Shown one piece after another: positions 50,502-62,013 of a stretch of DNA of 64,000 nt (position 1 is its first letter; every line of letters starts with the position of its first letter). Location of the stretch: contig CAIJXH010000014.1 in the NCBI GenBank assembly GCA_903824595.1, positions 12,005 to 76,004 on the forward strand, read 5' to 3'. A program made the translations under genes and the position numbers. The notes beneath the pieces are model-generated. The model was not told where the DNA came from and made no database searches. It worked only from the letters and a program-made list of their open reading frames with translations. Origin of the DNA: an uncultured bacterium. GTDB lineage: Bacteria > Patescibacteriota > Minisyncoccia > Phycocordibacterales > UBA2100.

Positions 50502-53500
50502 TTATTCTACGATCGACACATCACTTCCTTCGTGTGCTGCATTGAGCGCGCGCTCCATGTCATGAATGATTTTGTGTTTTTTGCTACCAGGAAACCCTGT
50601 ACCGGCAGGAATAAGGCGGCCAATGATGACATTTTCTTTGAGACCGATGAGGCGATCGACTGATCCTGCAACCGCAGCTTCGGCAAGTTTGCGCGGAGTG
50701 TTTTGGAAAGAAATCGCCGACAGGAACGATGCCCGCGTCAGCGAAACTTCTGTAATACCGAGCAAAAGCTGCTTGCCTTTCGCCAGTTCTCCATCCACGT
50801 CTCGTGCCGTTTTGTTGATGCGCTCAAACTCAAAGTCAGCCACAATATCGCCCGCAGATACACCTGTGGATCCCGGGTGCGTGATTGAGACGCGACTGAA
50901 CATCTGTTTGACAATAACCTCAAGATGTTTACGCGCAGTAGACACACCTTGTAATTCGTAGATACGCGTAATTTCACTGATCACGTACTCAAGCGTGCGC
51001 TCTTTTCCTGCAAGAGTATACAATTCTTCAAGCTCCGCAGAGCCATCGGTTAGGAAATCTCCCTTCAATACCGACGCGCCCTCTTTCACAATGATCGTAC
51101 GCAACGGACCCACTCGATATTCTGTCTCGCGTTTTGCTGCTTTTGCGGTTTTACCCGTAGACGCATGTTCTGGAATAATCGTAATGACCGTCTCTGATCC
51201 ATCTTTTGCGATTGATGACACTATGCCAGATACTCGAGCCATCGTCGCTGGAGCCTTCGGTGCTCGACATTCGAACACTTCCTCGACGCGCGGAAGACCC
51301 ATGGTGATGTCTCCACCCGCAGTCGCCACACCTCCCGTGTGGAATGTGCGCATGGTCAACTGCGTACCAGGTTCGCCAATTGCTTGTGCGGCAATAACAC
51401 CAATCGCTTCCCCGATATCAACCTGCTCGCCCGTTGCAAGATCGACACCGTAACACGCCTGACACACACCACGAGCAACCATACACGTAATAGGTGATCG
51501 TACGACAACTTCAGTGACTGACTCATCGCGCTCGACCATACTCGCGTCATCACGCGACAAGAGGTGGTTGCGTGAGAATGAACCTGCGTTTTCAGCAAGC
51601 GTCCTACCATGGATACGATCAGAGAATGATCCGCCGATGTTTTCTTTGCCCGGGCGCTTTATGGTAACTCCATGCTTCGATCCACAGTCATGTTCGAGCA
51701 CAACAACGTCATGCGCAACGTCAAAGAGACGGCGTGTGAGATACCCCGCACGCGCGGTATTGAGAGCGGTGTCTGCCAATCCCTTGCGTGCTCCGTGCGT
51801 TGAAATGAAATATTCGATGGGCGTCAGGCCTTCCTTGAGGGACGACGTGATGGGGAATTCAATAATTTCACCACGAGGATTGGTGATGAGACCTTTCATA
51901 CCCGCCATCTGATGCAGCTGAACAACGCTACCACGAGCCCCCGACGTAATCATGTCACGCACAGGACCGTACTGATCGAGAGAATCGACGACATGTTTGC
52001 GCAACTCACCCGATACCTTACCCCAAATCTCGATCGTCATGCGACGACGCTCATCTTCAGTCAAGAGTCCATTCATGTAGTTCTCTCGTTCCTGTGCAGC
52101 ATTCTCACGACCGCGCGCAATCATCTCCTTCTTCACCTCTGGGACAACCACGTCAGAAATAGACCACGTGATACCCGCATGCGTCGCGTAGCGGAATCCG
52201 AAACGCTTGATCGCATCAAGAATTTTCGGAATACCATCGAGCGAGTAGTGCGTAACGAGCGTGTGCACCAACGCACTCATGCGTTTGTTGGTTATTTCTT
52301 CGTTGAGATACGGGAAATCGTTCGGGAGCACGGAATTGAAGAGCAAACGACCGACGGTCGTCTCAAAAATAGCACCGCCAAACTGGGCATACTTTTTGCT
52401 ATCTCCGGGAAGAACTTTGATGGTGGCTCGCAAGTCGATCGCGCCAAAATCATATGCGGTAATTGCCGCATTCGTTGAAGGAAACGCTTTCCCCTCGCCC
52501 TTTGCACCCGCGACTGGTTTTGTCATCCAGTAGCATCCGAGCACGATATCAAGCAATTTTGAAGCAACTACCACGTCACCGCTTCCTGGTTTCAATACGT
52601 TTTTGTTTGCCGACATGATCTGCGCTGCTTCCATTTGCGCGGCTTCCGAAAGAGGCACATGCACTGCCATCGCATCACCGTCGAAGTCTGCGTTATATGC
52701 AGGACACACGAGCGGATGCACTTGAATCGCATTGCCCTCAATGAGGACGGGGCGGAACGCTTGAATGGATTGTCGATGTAGCGTTGGAGCACGATTCAAA
52801 AGCACATATTTTCCTTTGATCGCCTCTTCAAGAATCGGCCACACTTCTGGCGACTCGTCTTCTATCAGACGACCTGCTCCACGGATGTTGTACGCAAGCT
52901 CGCGACGCAACAATCCTTGTATTACAAAAGGACGGAACAGCTCCAGAGCCATGTGTTTTGGTAGACCACATTCATCAAGTGCAAGATCAGGACCGACAAC
53001 AATAACAGAACGACCAGAGTAATCTACGCGTTTGCCGAGAAGATTCTGACGCAAATATCCATGCTTGCCTTTGAGATAATCTGCCAACGATTTGAGCGCG
53101 CGACGACGACCACCCAAAACCCCGAGAACTCCAGCACCGCGACGCATCGAATTATCAAGGAGGGCGTCGATAGCCTCCTGCAAGATGCGTTTCTCGTTGC
53201 GCAAGATAACTTCTGGTGCATGAATGGCAAGTAACCGCTTGAGACGATTATTCCTATTGATGACACGTCGATATAGATCATTGAGGTCAGAAGATGCGTG
53301 TCGCCCACCTTCCAACGCAACCATCGGACGAAGTGCGGGCGGCACAACGGGCAAACGAGTCATGAACATCCATTCAGGACGCACTCCCGATCGCTGAAGA
53401 TTTTCCATAAGCGCGAGCCTCTTGCGCAAACGATCGCGATCAGCCGCTCCTGATTTTTCGTACTCTTCTTTTGTCTTCACGATACACGCTTCGATATCCG

Positions 53501-54188
53501 TATTCTTAAGAATGTTGTACAACGCTTCCGCGCCGATAGCTGCTCGAAACATAGCCCCATACTTCACCGCAAACAAGTGATACGCAGCCTCGTCCAAAAC
53601 AACACCAAGATTGATTGACTCGATGTCTTGTTTTGCCTTGAGAGCCTTCTCTTTCAGCTCGGTTTTTGTTTCCGCATTCTGGACAGACTTAGTCTTTTGC
53701 TGAAATTCTTGCTCAAGATCTTTCAGAAGACGCGCTCGCTCTTCTTCGTCAACATGCGTCACGATATACCCAGCGAAATATACAACCTTCTCCACCTCTG
53801 CAGCAGAAAGACCGAGCATGAGCGCGATACGCGACGGAATACCTCGCAAGAACCATATATGCGCCACGGGTGTCGCCAAATCAATGTGACCCATGCGTTC
53901 ACGACGCACAATTGACCGCGTGATTTCTACGCCACATTTCTCACAGGTGATACCGCGGAATCGAATGCCGCGATATTTCCCACAATAACACTCGTAGTCC
54001 TTTTCCGGACCGAATACTCGCTCATCAAACAAACCATTCTTCTCGGGACGCTGGGTGCGATAATTGATCGTCTCTGGTTTAGTTATTTCACCAAACGACC
54101 ACTCAAGAATCCGTTCGGGACTCGCAAGTCGCATTGCAACCGCTTCGAAATTCTCCGGAATCACGTCTTTTTTCTTTTGAATGTTCAT
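50502..54188 (-). CDS. rpoC: RNA polymerase beta' subunit
   Basis: [31 protein letters not shown]. Confidence 0.98.
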   Translation of the reverse strand: MNIQKKKDVIPENFEAVAMRLASPERILEWSFGEITKPETINYRTQRPEKNGLFDERVFGPEKDYECYCGKYRGIRFRGITCEKCGVEITRSIVRRERMGHIDLATPVAHIWFLRGIPSRIALMLGLSAAEVEKVVYFAGYIVTHVDEEERARLLKDLEQEFQQKTKSVQNAETKTELKEKALKAKQDIESINLGVVLDEAAYHLFAVKYGAMFRAAIGAEALYNILKNTDIEACIVKTKEEYEKSGAADRDRLRKRLALMENLQRSGVRPEWMFMTRLPVVPPALRPMVALEGGRHASSDLNDLYRRVINRNNRLKRLLAIHAPEVILRNEKRILQEAIDALLDNSMRRGAGVLGVLGGRRRALKSLADYLKGKHGYLRQNLLGKRVDYSGRSVIVVGPDLALDECGLPKHMALELFRPFVIQGLLRRELAYNIRGAGRLIEDESPEVWPILEEAIKGKYVLLNRAPTLHRQSIQAFRPVLIEGNAIQVHPLVCPAYNADFDGDAMAVHVPLSEAAQMEAAQIMSANKNVLKPGSGDVVVASKLLDIVLGCYWMTKPVAGAKGEGKAFPSTNAAITAYDFGAIDLRATIKVLPGDSKKYAQFGGAIFETTVGRLLFNSVLPNDFPYLNEEITNKRMSALVHTLVTHYSLDGIPKILDAIKRFGFRYATHAGITWSISDVVVPEVKKEMIARGRENAAQERENYMNGLLTEDERRRMTIEIWGKVSGELRKHVVDSLDQYGPVRDMITSGARGSVVQLHQMAGMKGLITNPRGEIIEFPITSSLKEGLTPIEYFISTHGARKGLADTALNTARAGYLTRRLFDVAHDVVVLEHDCGSKHGVTIKRPGKENIGGSFSDRIHGRTLAENAGSFSRNHLLSRDDASMVERDESVTEVVVRSPITCMVARGVCQACYGVDLATGEQVDIGEAIGVIAAQAIGEPGTQLTMRTFHTGGVATAGGDITMGLPRVEEVFECRAPKAPATMARVSGIVSSIAKDGSETVITIIPEHASTGKTAKAAKRETEYRVGPLRTIIVKEGASVLKGDFLTDGSAELEELYTLAGKERTLEYVISEITRIYELQGVSTARKHLEVIVKQMFSRVSITHPGSTGVSAGDIVADFEFERINKTARDVDGELAKGKQLLLGITEVSLTRASFLSAISFQNTPRKLAEAAVAGSVDRLIGLKENVIIGRLIPAGTGFPGSKKHKIIHDMERALNAAHEGSDVSIVE

Positions 54189-54196
54189 AGATAAAG

Positions 54197-57100
54197 CTAC
54201 GCGCGCGCGCGATTATCGCTGCTAATAAATTCTATGTTGATACCCAACCCTCGCAAATGTCGAACGAGCACATTGAATGTCGCAGGCGTGTTACTTTCTC
54301 GTATACGCTCCCCAGAAACAATCGCATCAAATGCGGCAGATCTTCCGACGATGTCATCCGATTTTATCGTGAGAATTTCGCGCAATGAATGAGCTGCGCC
54401 ATACCCAAGAAACGCCCATACTTCCATTTCTCCAACGCGCTGACCACCGTTTTGTGCTTTACCTCCAAGCGGCTGTTGGGTCGTGAGTGAGTACGGACCG
54501 ATCGAACGCATGTGGATCTTATCTTCCACCATGTGATGCAGTTTGAGCATATACATGATACCGACTGATACAGGCTGGGCAAATGCCTCCCCCGTGCGTC
54601 CATCAAACAAAATTCTCTTACCATCATCGCGGAATCCTGCTTTCGTGAGTTCCTCTCTGATTTCTGATTCACGCGCACCCGCAAATGACGGCACGACTGC
54701 CTGATACCCGAGCGCATCGGCAGCAAGCCCAAGATGCAGTTCGAGAATTTGTCCGAGATTCATACGAGAAGGTACGCCAAGCGGAGTCAGAATGATGTCT
54801 ACAGGATTACCTTGTTCATCAAACGGCATGTCTTCTTCGGGCAGCACGCGCGATATAACGCCTTTGTTGCCGTGTCTGCCCGCGAGCTTATCGCCCACTG
54901 ACACCGTACGAAGCTGCGCCACCTCAACATGCACACGCTTGATAACTCCACTCTCCAACGCATCACCATTCTCGCGTGAGAATATTTTTATACCGACAAT
55001 GCGACCACGCTTTCCTCCCTCCATACGAAGCGACGTGTCTTTGACATCCTTTGCCTTTTCACCAAAAATTGCGTGCAGAAGACGTTCTTCAGGCGTGAGC
55101 TGCGTCTCTCCTTTCGGAGTTACTTTTCCGACCAATATATCGCCCGATCGCACTTCCGCGCCAATTCTGATGACGCCGTCTTCATCAAGGTTGCGTAGTT
55201 TGAATTCCGATACATTCGGTATATCGTGCGTTGTCACTTCTGCGCCCAGTTTAGTATCACGCACGACACACACAAACTCTTCCATGTGAATCGACGTGAA
55301 TCGAGCATCTTTCGCCAATCGTTCTGATATGACGATTGCATCCTCAAAGTTTGCTCCAAACCACGGCAAAAATGCAACGCGCACATTCTGACCGATCGCC
55401 AATTGACCGCCGACTGATGTAGAGGTGTCTGCCAGTACGCTTCCCTTTTTCACAACATCTCCCACCGCAACAGCAGGACGCTGGTGGAACGTGGTGAATC
55501 CATTGGTTCTTGAAAAATTGACGAGGCGATACTCTTTTGTTTTCCCATTCTCTCCCTTGATCTTGATAATCCGTGCATCCACATACGTCACCTCTCCAGC
55601 TTCTTCAGCCAAGACAAGGCGTCCAGAATCACGAGCAGCGATTGTTTCCACGCCCGTACCCACCACAGGTGCTTCAGGCACCGCAAGAGGCACTGCTTGC
55701 TTCTGCATGTTAGAACCCATGAGGGCTCTGTTGGCATCATCATTTTCCACAAACGGGATAAGCGATGTGGCGACAGAAAATGGTTGATTGGACGCGACTT
55801 CAATGAAATCAACGTCGACACTATTCACAATCGTCGGCTTTCCTCCAAAACGAACATCGGCTTGCGGATAGGTGAGCTTGCCCGCGTCGTCGCGCGGTGT
55901 GGCTGCATGCGCAATGGCATACTGCTCTTCGTCAAACGCGTTCATGTACACAATCTCTTTCGTCACTACTCCGTTTTTTACTTTTGCATACGGCGTTTCG
56001 ATAATGCCGAAATCATTTGGTCGCGCATACAACGACATGTGAAGGACAAGTCCGATGTTTTTACCTTCTGGCGTATGTATCGGACACACGCGACCGTAGT
56101 GAGAAGAGTGCACATCGCGCACCTCCAGACCTGCTCGCTCCGACGTGAGACCGCCGCGACCCAAAGTTGACAAAATACGCAAATGCTCGATCTCATCAAG
56201 CGTGTTGTACTGCTGCATGAGCTGTGAAAGCTGGTCGGTTGTGAAGAACTCTCGTATGGCGGCCTGGAAAGGACGCGGATTGACGAGTGATACGGGAACC
56301 GTAGTTTCTGCATCAACCATTGCCATGCGATCCTGGATGTTACGCTTCATTCGTGAAAGTCCGATGCGCATACGCTGCTCGAGCAACTCGCCCGCAAAAC
56401 GTACGCGGCGGAACCCGAGATGGTCGATATCATCCGACTGTGCCGCAGGATCCGCATTTAGACTCGCAATATGCGTGATAATCCGCACCACATCATCAAG
56501 AGTAAGTGTCCCATTGAGGAGATCTTTTTCGGAAATTCCGAGCCCAAATCGACGATTGAAATGGAAGCGTCCGACTCTCGAGAAATCATATCGTTCCGCG
56601 GAAAGAATCGAGCGTACGTGTTCGCGAGCATTCTCTGGCGTCGCAATATCACCATCGCGGAGACGGCGATATATCTCGACATACGCTTCATCTGGCGTAT
56701 GCGCCGTATCGTGAGCAAGAGTCGTCGCAATAGCATGCGACGCAACAACCGACGATTCAAATCGCCCCTTGATAAGCGCGTCGGTTTGAAGGCCAAGCAC
56801 TCGCAATAACGATGTAACGGGGAAGCGACGCTTGCGATCTATTTTTACATATATACCCCCATCGGCATCCGATTCGATTTCTATCCATACTCCGCGTGCG
56901 GGAATAATCTTCGCCGCGAAGTAATTTTTACCCTTTGAGGGAATGCCCTCAAAAAACACTCCGTACGATCGCGCGAGCTGCGGCACCACAACACGCTCAA
57001 CACCGTTGATAATAAATGATCCATGCGCCGTCATCCACGGAAAATCCGTGAGAAAAATTTCTTGTTCTTTTTCGGCTCCGGTCGTTTTGTTGTGCAATTT

Positions 57101-57382
57101 GACTACCATTGAGAGAGGTGCCTCGTACGTCTTCATCGCATCCTTCGCGTGCTGCTCGTCCCATCGCAACTCACCAAAGGTAAATTTCACGAGTTTGAGC
57201 TCAAACTTTTTACCAGAATGATCGTTGATGGGAGAAAACTCCTTGAACACACGCTCTGCGCCCGTCTCAACGAAATCCTTGAATGATCCTATTTGCGCTT
57301 CGACAAGCGAGGGCAATTTCACCAACGGCTCACGATAGCGACCGAAATACTTCTGCGGTCTCACACTGCGTGTCTTTGACAT
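54197..57382 (-). CDS. rpoB: RNA polymerase beta subunit
   Basis: GDKLAGRHGNKG, GSNMQ, GEMEVW; start moved to ATG 57382. Confidence 0.98.
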   Translation of the reverse strand: MSKTRSVRPQKYFGRYREPLVKLPSLVEAQIGSFKDFVETGAERVFKEFSPINDHSGKKFELKLVKFTFGELRWDEQHAKDAMKTYEAPLSMVVKLHNKTTGAEKEQEIFLTDFPWMTAHGSFIINGVERVVVPQLARSYGVFFEGIPSKGKNYFAAKIIPARGVWIEIESDADGGIYVKIDRKRRFPVTSLLRVLGLQTDALIKGRFESSVVASHAIATTLAHDTAHTPDEAYVEIYRRLRDGDIATPENAREHVRSILSAERYDFSRVGRFHFNRRFGLGISEKDLLNGTLTLDDVVRIITHIASLNADPAAQSDDIDHLGFRRVRFAGELLEQRMRIGLSRMKRNIQDRMAMVDAETTVPVSLVNPRPFQAAIREFFTTDQLSQLMQQYNTLDEIEHLRILSTLGRGGLTSERAGLEVRDVHSSHYGRVCPIHTPEGKNIGLVLHMSLYARPNDFGIIETPYAKVKNGVVTKEIVYMNAFDEEQYAIAHAATPRDDAGKLTYPQADVRFGGKPTIVNSVDVDFIEVASNQPFSVATSLIPFVENDDANRALMGSNMQKQAVPLAVPEAPVVGTGVETIAARDSGRLVLAEEAGEVTYVDARIIKIKGENGKTKEYRLVNFSRTNGFTTFHQRPAVAVGDVVKKGSVLADTSTSVGGQLAIGQNVRVAFLPWFGANFEDAIVISERLAKDARFTSIHMEEFVCVVRDTKLGAEVTTHDIPNVSEFKLRNLDEDGVIRIGAEVRSGDILVGKVTPKGETQLTPEERLLHAIFGEKAKDVKDTSLRMEGGKRGRIVGIKIFSRENGDALESGVIKRVHVEVAQLRTVSVGDKLAGRHGNKGVISRVLPEEDMPFDEQGNPVDIILTPLGVPSRMNLGQILELHLGLAADALGYQAVVPSFAGARESEIREELTKAGFRDDGKRILFDGRTGEAFAQPVSVGIMYMLKLHHMVEDKIHMRSIGPYSLTTQQPLGGKAQNGGQRVGEMEVWAFLGYGAAHSLREILTIKSDDIVGRSAAFDAIVSGERIRESNTPATFNVLVRHLRGLGINIEFISSDNRARA

Positions 57383-57529
57383 AACGATAGGTGATGCGCA
57401 CGGCTTGCCACGCTGCATCTTTATTGTGTTAGTGCACGACTTATTAATTAAAGCGCCCGGAACCCCAATCCGCACACTTTACTCAAAAGCACAACCGCAA
57501 CACATTCGGCTCGGAGCAAAAGTCGCGCG

Positions 57530-57558
57530 ATTATATACGACAATTTCTTTCAAGTCAA
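57530..57558 (-). promoter_or_regulatory. rpoBC promoter
   Basis: TTGACT, 17 nt, TATAAT on the minus strand. Confidence 0.75.
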
Positions 57559-57593
57559 CAAAACGTATGTCTGCCAACATGGACAGCAGTGCA

Positions 57594-58136
57594 TCATCTC
57601 TTGTTCCTCACAAAAAGCATCACAACAATCAAGAAAGCGAAGAGCGAGAAACACATGAGCGGGAATGTAATGTAGCCGAATTCAAAAAGAAATCGCTGAG
57701 CACAATCACTTGCGCGCGAAAGATTTGCAGGACACGGAATAATGCTCGCACCGCCCATTTGAAGATAGTGCTGATATAGCGCAACACACGCGCCCGAAAC
57801 CGAAAGCGCTATGGAGTAATCGGCGATATGCGTATCACGTTTCGCGAGAGCCAAGCCAAAGAGAGGTACTTGTGCATACAAAAACACTCTCTGCCACCAG
57901 CACCACGCACAGGGAGCAAATCCGAGGATCTCTGAATAAAAGAGTGAGGTTGCCATGCCGCCAAGCGTTAGTATACATCCAAGCCACAAACCATTGCGCG
58001 CGAGCATGTCCCCGATGTCGTTGAGATCTGGAAAACGTTTTCGAATAAAAAAGAGTGCAAGAAACGCAATCGTCGCAATCTCAAGTACCAGCGTTGCCGC
58101 CGCGAGTGCTTGATTGAGTGTCTCAACAGAAATCAT
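57594..58136 (-). CDS. Disulfide bond formation protein (DsbB/BdbC family)
   Basis: PCAWCWWQR, second Cys pair, GYITFP, TM helices. Confidence 0.88.
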   Translation of the reverse strand: MISVETLNQALAAATLVLEIATIAFLALFFIRKRFPDLNDIGDMLARNGLWLGCILTLGGMATSLFYSEILGFAPCAWCWWQRVFLYAQVPLFGLALAKRDTHIADYSIALSVSGACVALYQHYLQMGGASIIPCPANLSRASDCAQRFLFEFGYITFPLMCFSLFAFLIVVMLFVRNKR

Positions 58137-58138
58137 GG

Positions 58139-58525
58139 TTACTGCCCACTCGGCAACGGACATCCGCTCGCGGCAGCAAGCTCCTGCAGCGTATGTTCTC
58201 CCGTGAGGGTCGTTGTACTGTTGGCAAATGTCCACGTGGGGTAGCCCTGAATCCCTTTGTCTTTACACACTTGCGTCTGACCCTGTCCGTTTGGAGTAGA
58301 ACATTCTACATACGGCAACTTTGATGCCGCAGCTCCGAACAATGCTTTAGTTTTCTGACAATGAGGACACCAGAACGCTCCGTAAAAGATCGCGCCTTTA
58401 TCTTTGAGGCATTGCGCAAAAGGAGCGAGATCGCGCGATCCCGTATTCGCAAAAAACACTACTCCGAGACATAGGGCGATCAAAAGCAGCATAGCAATCC
58501 AAAACAGCGCAGCGCCTTTTTTCAT
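58139..58525 (-). CDS. Membrane-anchored thioredoxin-fold protein
   Basis: FYGAFWCPHC, YVEC, GYPTW. Confidence 0.85.
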   Translation of the reverse strand: MKKGAALFWIAMLLLIALCLGVVFFANTGSRDLAPFAQCLKDKGAIFYGAFWCPHCQKTKALFGAAASKLPYVECSTPNGQGQTQVCKDKGIQGYPTWTFANSTTTLTGEHTLQELAAASGCPLPSGQ

Positions 58526-58549
58526 GTGTGTCAGTATATAATGTTCAGA

Positions 58550-60328
58550 ATGAAAGCGCTATTGTATTCCCTGTCTGGAACGCCGATGCTTATCGCACTA
58601 CTATTGGTAGCAGGTAACATCGTACCCGTCTTTCTGTACGGCGCGATAGGAATCGGAATAGCAATGATCGTCTACTCCTCAATCGCAAAAATACGAACAG
58701 GCTCTTATTCTCTCGATTACATTGCGCTTCTTGCAATGATCGTCGCACTTGCAACAGATCATGGTATCGCGGGAGGCGTTATTGCGCTCATGGTGACGAG
58801 CGGCGAAGCACTCGACGCATACGCGTCACATTCAGCAGAAGAGGCCCTGCATACACTCGCCGATCGCATTCCAAAAACGTGTACCGTGCGATGCGCAAAC
58901 GGCAATACGATCGAACGGCCTATTCAAGAAATCATGCACGGCGACACCATCATCGTACGTCGACACGAACTCGTACCGCTTGACGGGATACTTGTTTCTG
59001 ATAGTGCATGTATCGACAACGCGCACCTCACCGGCGAAGCATTTTCTGCGACCTACGTGCGAGGCGCACGCATCAGAAGCGGATCAATCAATAGAGGAAA
59101 TTCTCTTGAGATCACGGTCGAGGGCACTGCCGATACATCAACCTATCATCGCATCGTGCGTCTTGTGGAAGAATCAAAACGTCACCCCTCCCCTACTACA
59201 CGCTTCGCCGAAAAAGTGAATCTGCCGTTTACCATGATTACGCTCGTTATTTCAGCGACCGCATATGTGTGGTCAGGAGACGTATCCCGTGCGCTTGCGG
59301 TACTCGTCATGGCAACACCGTGTCCGTTACTCATCGCGGCACCAGTTGCGTTTATTGGAGGAATATCTCGCGCAGCACGCCATTCGATCATTATAAAACG
59401 CCCCGTCTCGCTTGAGATACTCGATCGCGTATCCACGGTATTCTTCGATAAAACAGGGACACTCACGCTTGGTGAGCCCACGCTAACAAAGATTGAACGC
59501 ATACATACCGCGCGCACCGACGACAATATTCTCTCAATCGCTGCCGCTATAGAACTGCATTCATTACATCCACTTGCCAGAGCAGTCGTCACAACGCATC
59601 GCTCCAAACACCTCAACACCCTGCATGCGCACCGTGTCGCCGAAATACTGGGGACGGGGATCACGGGATACGTAGACGACATACCATTTTCAATCACGTC
59701 ATCGCATGGCGTAGAAACAGGTATTGTTGTATCAATTGCAGAATCAGGCGCAGAAATTGCACGGCTACACTTTGAGGATGCGCTGAAAGAACATGTTGCT
59801 CATCTTTTTCACACACTGATGGCGCGAGGTATTCACATCGAAATACTCACGGGCGACACACGCGAAAACGCCGAACGTATCATGGGTCGCTTCGGAATTC
59901 CCATTCGCGCAGGCATTTCTCCTGAAGAGAAATTTATTGCCATAGGTGCTGCTCGTACACATGGCGACACGGTTGCCATGGTCGGAGACGGACTCAACGA
60001 CGCTCCCGCACTCGCGCACGCCGATATTGGAATCGTATTCTCTGGCACCGAAAACAGCGCTTCCATAGAGGCGGCGTCTATCGCAATTCTCGGATGCGAC
60101 ATATCGCTCTTGCAGGAACTTTTTGACACTGCCCACACATCGGTACGTATTGCGCGACAAAGCATGATCGGAGGAATAGCTCTATCCGCGATCGGCATGA
60201 TATTCGCCGCATGTGGCTATATTTCTCCGGTCGCAGGCGCATTACTTCAAGAAATTATAGATGTTATTGTTATTCTCAACGCACTGAGGACGCGCACTTC
60301 GCACATTTACACCCCACGGGTTCAATAA
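58550..60328 (+). CDS. Heavy-metal P1B-type ATPase (P1B-5-like)
   Basis: TGE, TPCP, DKTGT, HP, GDGLND, QEIID. Confidence 0.9.
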   Translation: MKALLYSLSGTPMLIALLLVAGNIVPVFLYGAIGIGIAMIVYSSIAKIRTGSYSLDYIALLAMIVALATDHGIAGGVIALMVTSGEALDAYASHSAEEALHTLADRIPKTCTVRCANGNTIERPIQEIMHGDTIIVRRHELVPLDGILVSDSACIDNAHLTGEAFSATYVRGARIRSGSINRGNSLEITVEGTADTSTYHRIVRLVEESKRHPSPTTRFAEKVNLPFTMITLVISATAYVWSGDVSRALAVLVMATPCPLLIAAPVAFIGGISRAARHSIIIKRPVSLEILDRVSTVFFDKTGTLTLGEPTLTKIERIHTARTDDNILSIAAAIELHSLHPLARAVVTTHRSKHLNTLHAHRVAEILGTGITGYVDDIPFSITSSHGVETGIVVSIAESGAEIARLHFEDALKEHVAHLFHTLMARGIHIEILTGDTRENAERIMGRFGIPIRAGISPEEKFIAIGAARTHGDTVAMVGDGLNDAPALAHADIGIVFSGTENSASIEAASIAILGCDISLLQELFDTAHTSVRIARQSMIGGIALSAIGMIFAACGYISPVAGALLQEIIDVIVILNALRTRTSHIYTPRVQ

Positions 60329-60674
60329 AATCTTTCACATATTCTTCACCATAATCGAACGTGAGTTCTTCGCCAATCTCAATATCGCGTAACGCAAATA
60401 GCATGACGCGCCCTTCGCACAAATCGGATACGCAATTTGGATCGCATGAATGGTTCATCCAACGCGCTTTGTTGCTACGCACCGATCCATCAATGGTCCA
60501 CCCGTCTTCAAGATCAAACAGATATCGTGTTTTTAGCGTATCGGCAATCGACGTTGGGATACGCACACCCGTATACTCAACAACATAATCATCTTTCGCA
60601 ATATTCTGAGTGGCAAACAAGCCACACCCCGTGCGTGATCTTCGTACCGCAAACGCATCGTGCGTTGTGCTCAT
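60276..60674 (-). CDS. SET-domain protein-lysine methyltransferase
   Basis: GCGLFA, RWMNHSCDPN, ELTFDYG, post-SET CKCAKC. Confidence 0.9.
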   Translation of the reverse strand: MSTTHDAFAVRRSRTGCGLFATQNIAKDDYVVEYTGVRIPTSIADTLKTRYLFDLEDGWTIDGSVRSNKARWMNHSCDPNCVSDLCEGRVMLFALRDIEIGEELTFDYGEEYVKDFIEPVGCKCAKCASSVR

Positions 60675-60731
60675 AATGCGCGCGAGCATACCATTTAGAC
60701 CTCGATACGCCAATATGATAGAATGCCACGC

Positions 60732-61994
60732 ATGAGCACAGGAGAAAAACTCTCAACGGAGAGCTATAAAGGCGTACGAGATTTCTATCCAGAAGATCAG
60801 TTTTACCAACGCTACATCTTTGAACACATGGAGCGCGTGTGTGAACTTTTTGGGTATGAAGAATATGGTGCCAGCGTACTCGAACCGGCAGAATTATATA
60901 AAAACAAAACATCCGACGAAATCATCAACGAACAAACATACACGTTTACCGATCGCGGCAATCGCGAGGTAACTCTGCGTCCAGAAATGACGCCCACGTT
61001 CGCTCGCATGATTGCGGCTCGATTGCGAGATATTCCCCTCCCCGCACGATGGTATACCATTGCCAATGTATTCCGCTATGAACGACCGCAACGTGGTCGT
61101 TTACGCGAACACTGGCAGCTAAACGTGGATTGCGCTGGAGCAGACAGCGTGTATGCAGACGCCGAAATTATAGCCGTTGCACACGGTATTTTGATCAGTA
61201 TGGGCGCGGAAGAACGTGATTTTGAAATTCGAGTGTCCGATCGACGCATCCTCGATGCTTTGTATGACGCAACAAACATTGCTCCGTCCATGCGCGCCCA
61301 AGTAACGCGATTACTCGATCGTCGCGCGAAAATAGATGATTTTGAACAAGCGCTTGCCGCTATCGTAGGTGATATCACGCATGCAACACACATTATTCGT
61401 GAACTTGCGCGCACCACCTCAACCGCGTATCTCGAAGATCTCCGAGCCAAACTTTCTCTCATGGGAATCAACAACATGGTCGTCGACACATCGATCACGC
61501 GAGGGTTCGATTACTATACGGGCATGGTGTTTGAACTATTCGATACAAGCGAGGCAAATCGAAGGGCGATTTGTGGTGGCGGAAGATATGACAACCTGCT
61601 CAATCTTTTCGGCGGCGACGCTCTTCCCGCAGTCGGTTTTGGTATGGGCGACGTAACCATGCGCGATTTTCTCGAAACTCACAATCTTCTACCTGCGTAC
61701 ACGCCAGCAAGCGAAGTCATGGTGTGCGTCGTCGACCAAGATTCCGTAGGCCACGCTCTTCAGCTTGCCCAAGATTTACGCCGCGAAGACGCGACCGTTT
61801 CTGTAAATGTTTCTGGCAAAAAAATCGGTGATCAAATTCGACATGCCGACAAGCTCAAAATACCTTTCGTTATTGCTATTGGTTCTAAAGAGCGTGAGTC
61901 TGGTCGTTATACCATAAAAAATCTCGCGACAGGCGCCGAGATAACGCTTCCCGCCGATCGCATAGCCGAACATATGTTTTCGACGCTCGGATGA
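60732..61994 (+). CDS. hisS: Histidine--tRNA ligase
   Basis: LRPEMT, FRYERPQ.GR.RE, RGFDYYTG, GGGRYD. Confidence 0.96.
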   Translation: MSTGEKLSTESYKGVRDFYPEDQFYQRYIFEHMERVCELFGYEEYGASVLEPAELYKNKTSDEIINEQTYTFTDRGNREVTLRPEMTPTFARMIAARLRDIPLPARWYTIANVFRYERPQRGRLREHWQLNVDCAGADSVYADAEIIAVAHGILISMGAEERDFEIRVSDRRILDALYDATNIAPSMRAQVTRLLDRRAKIDDFEQALAAIVGDITHATHIIRELARTTSTAYLEDLRAKLSLMGINNMVVDTSITRGFDYYTGMVFELFDTSEANRRAICGGGRYDNLLNLFGGDALPAVGFGMGDVTMRDFLETHNLLPAYTPASEVMVCVVDQDSVGHALQLAQDLRREDATVSVNVSGKKIGDQIRHADKLKIPFVIAIGSKERESGRYTIKNLATGAEITLPADRIAEHMFSTLG

Positions 61995-62013
61995 GCGCAA
62001 ACGCTTCACTATC

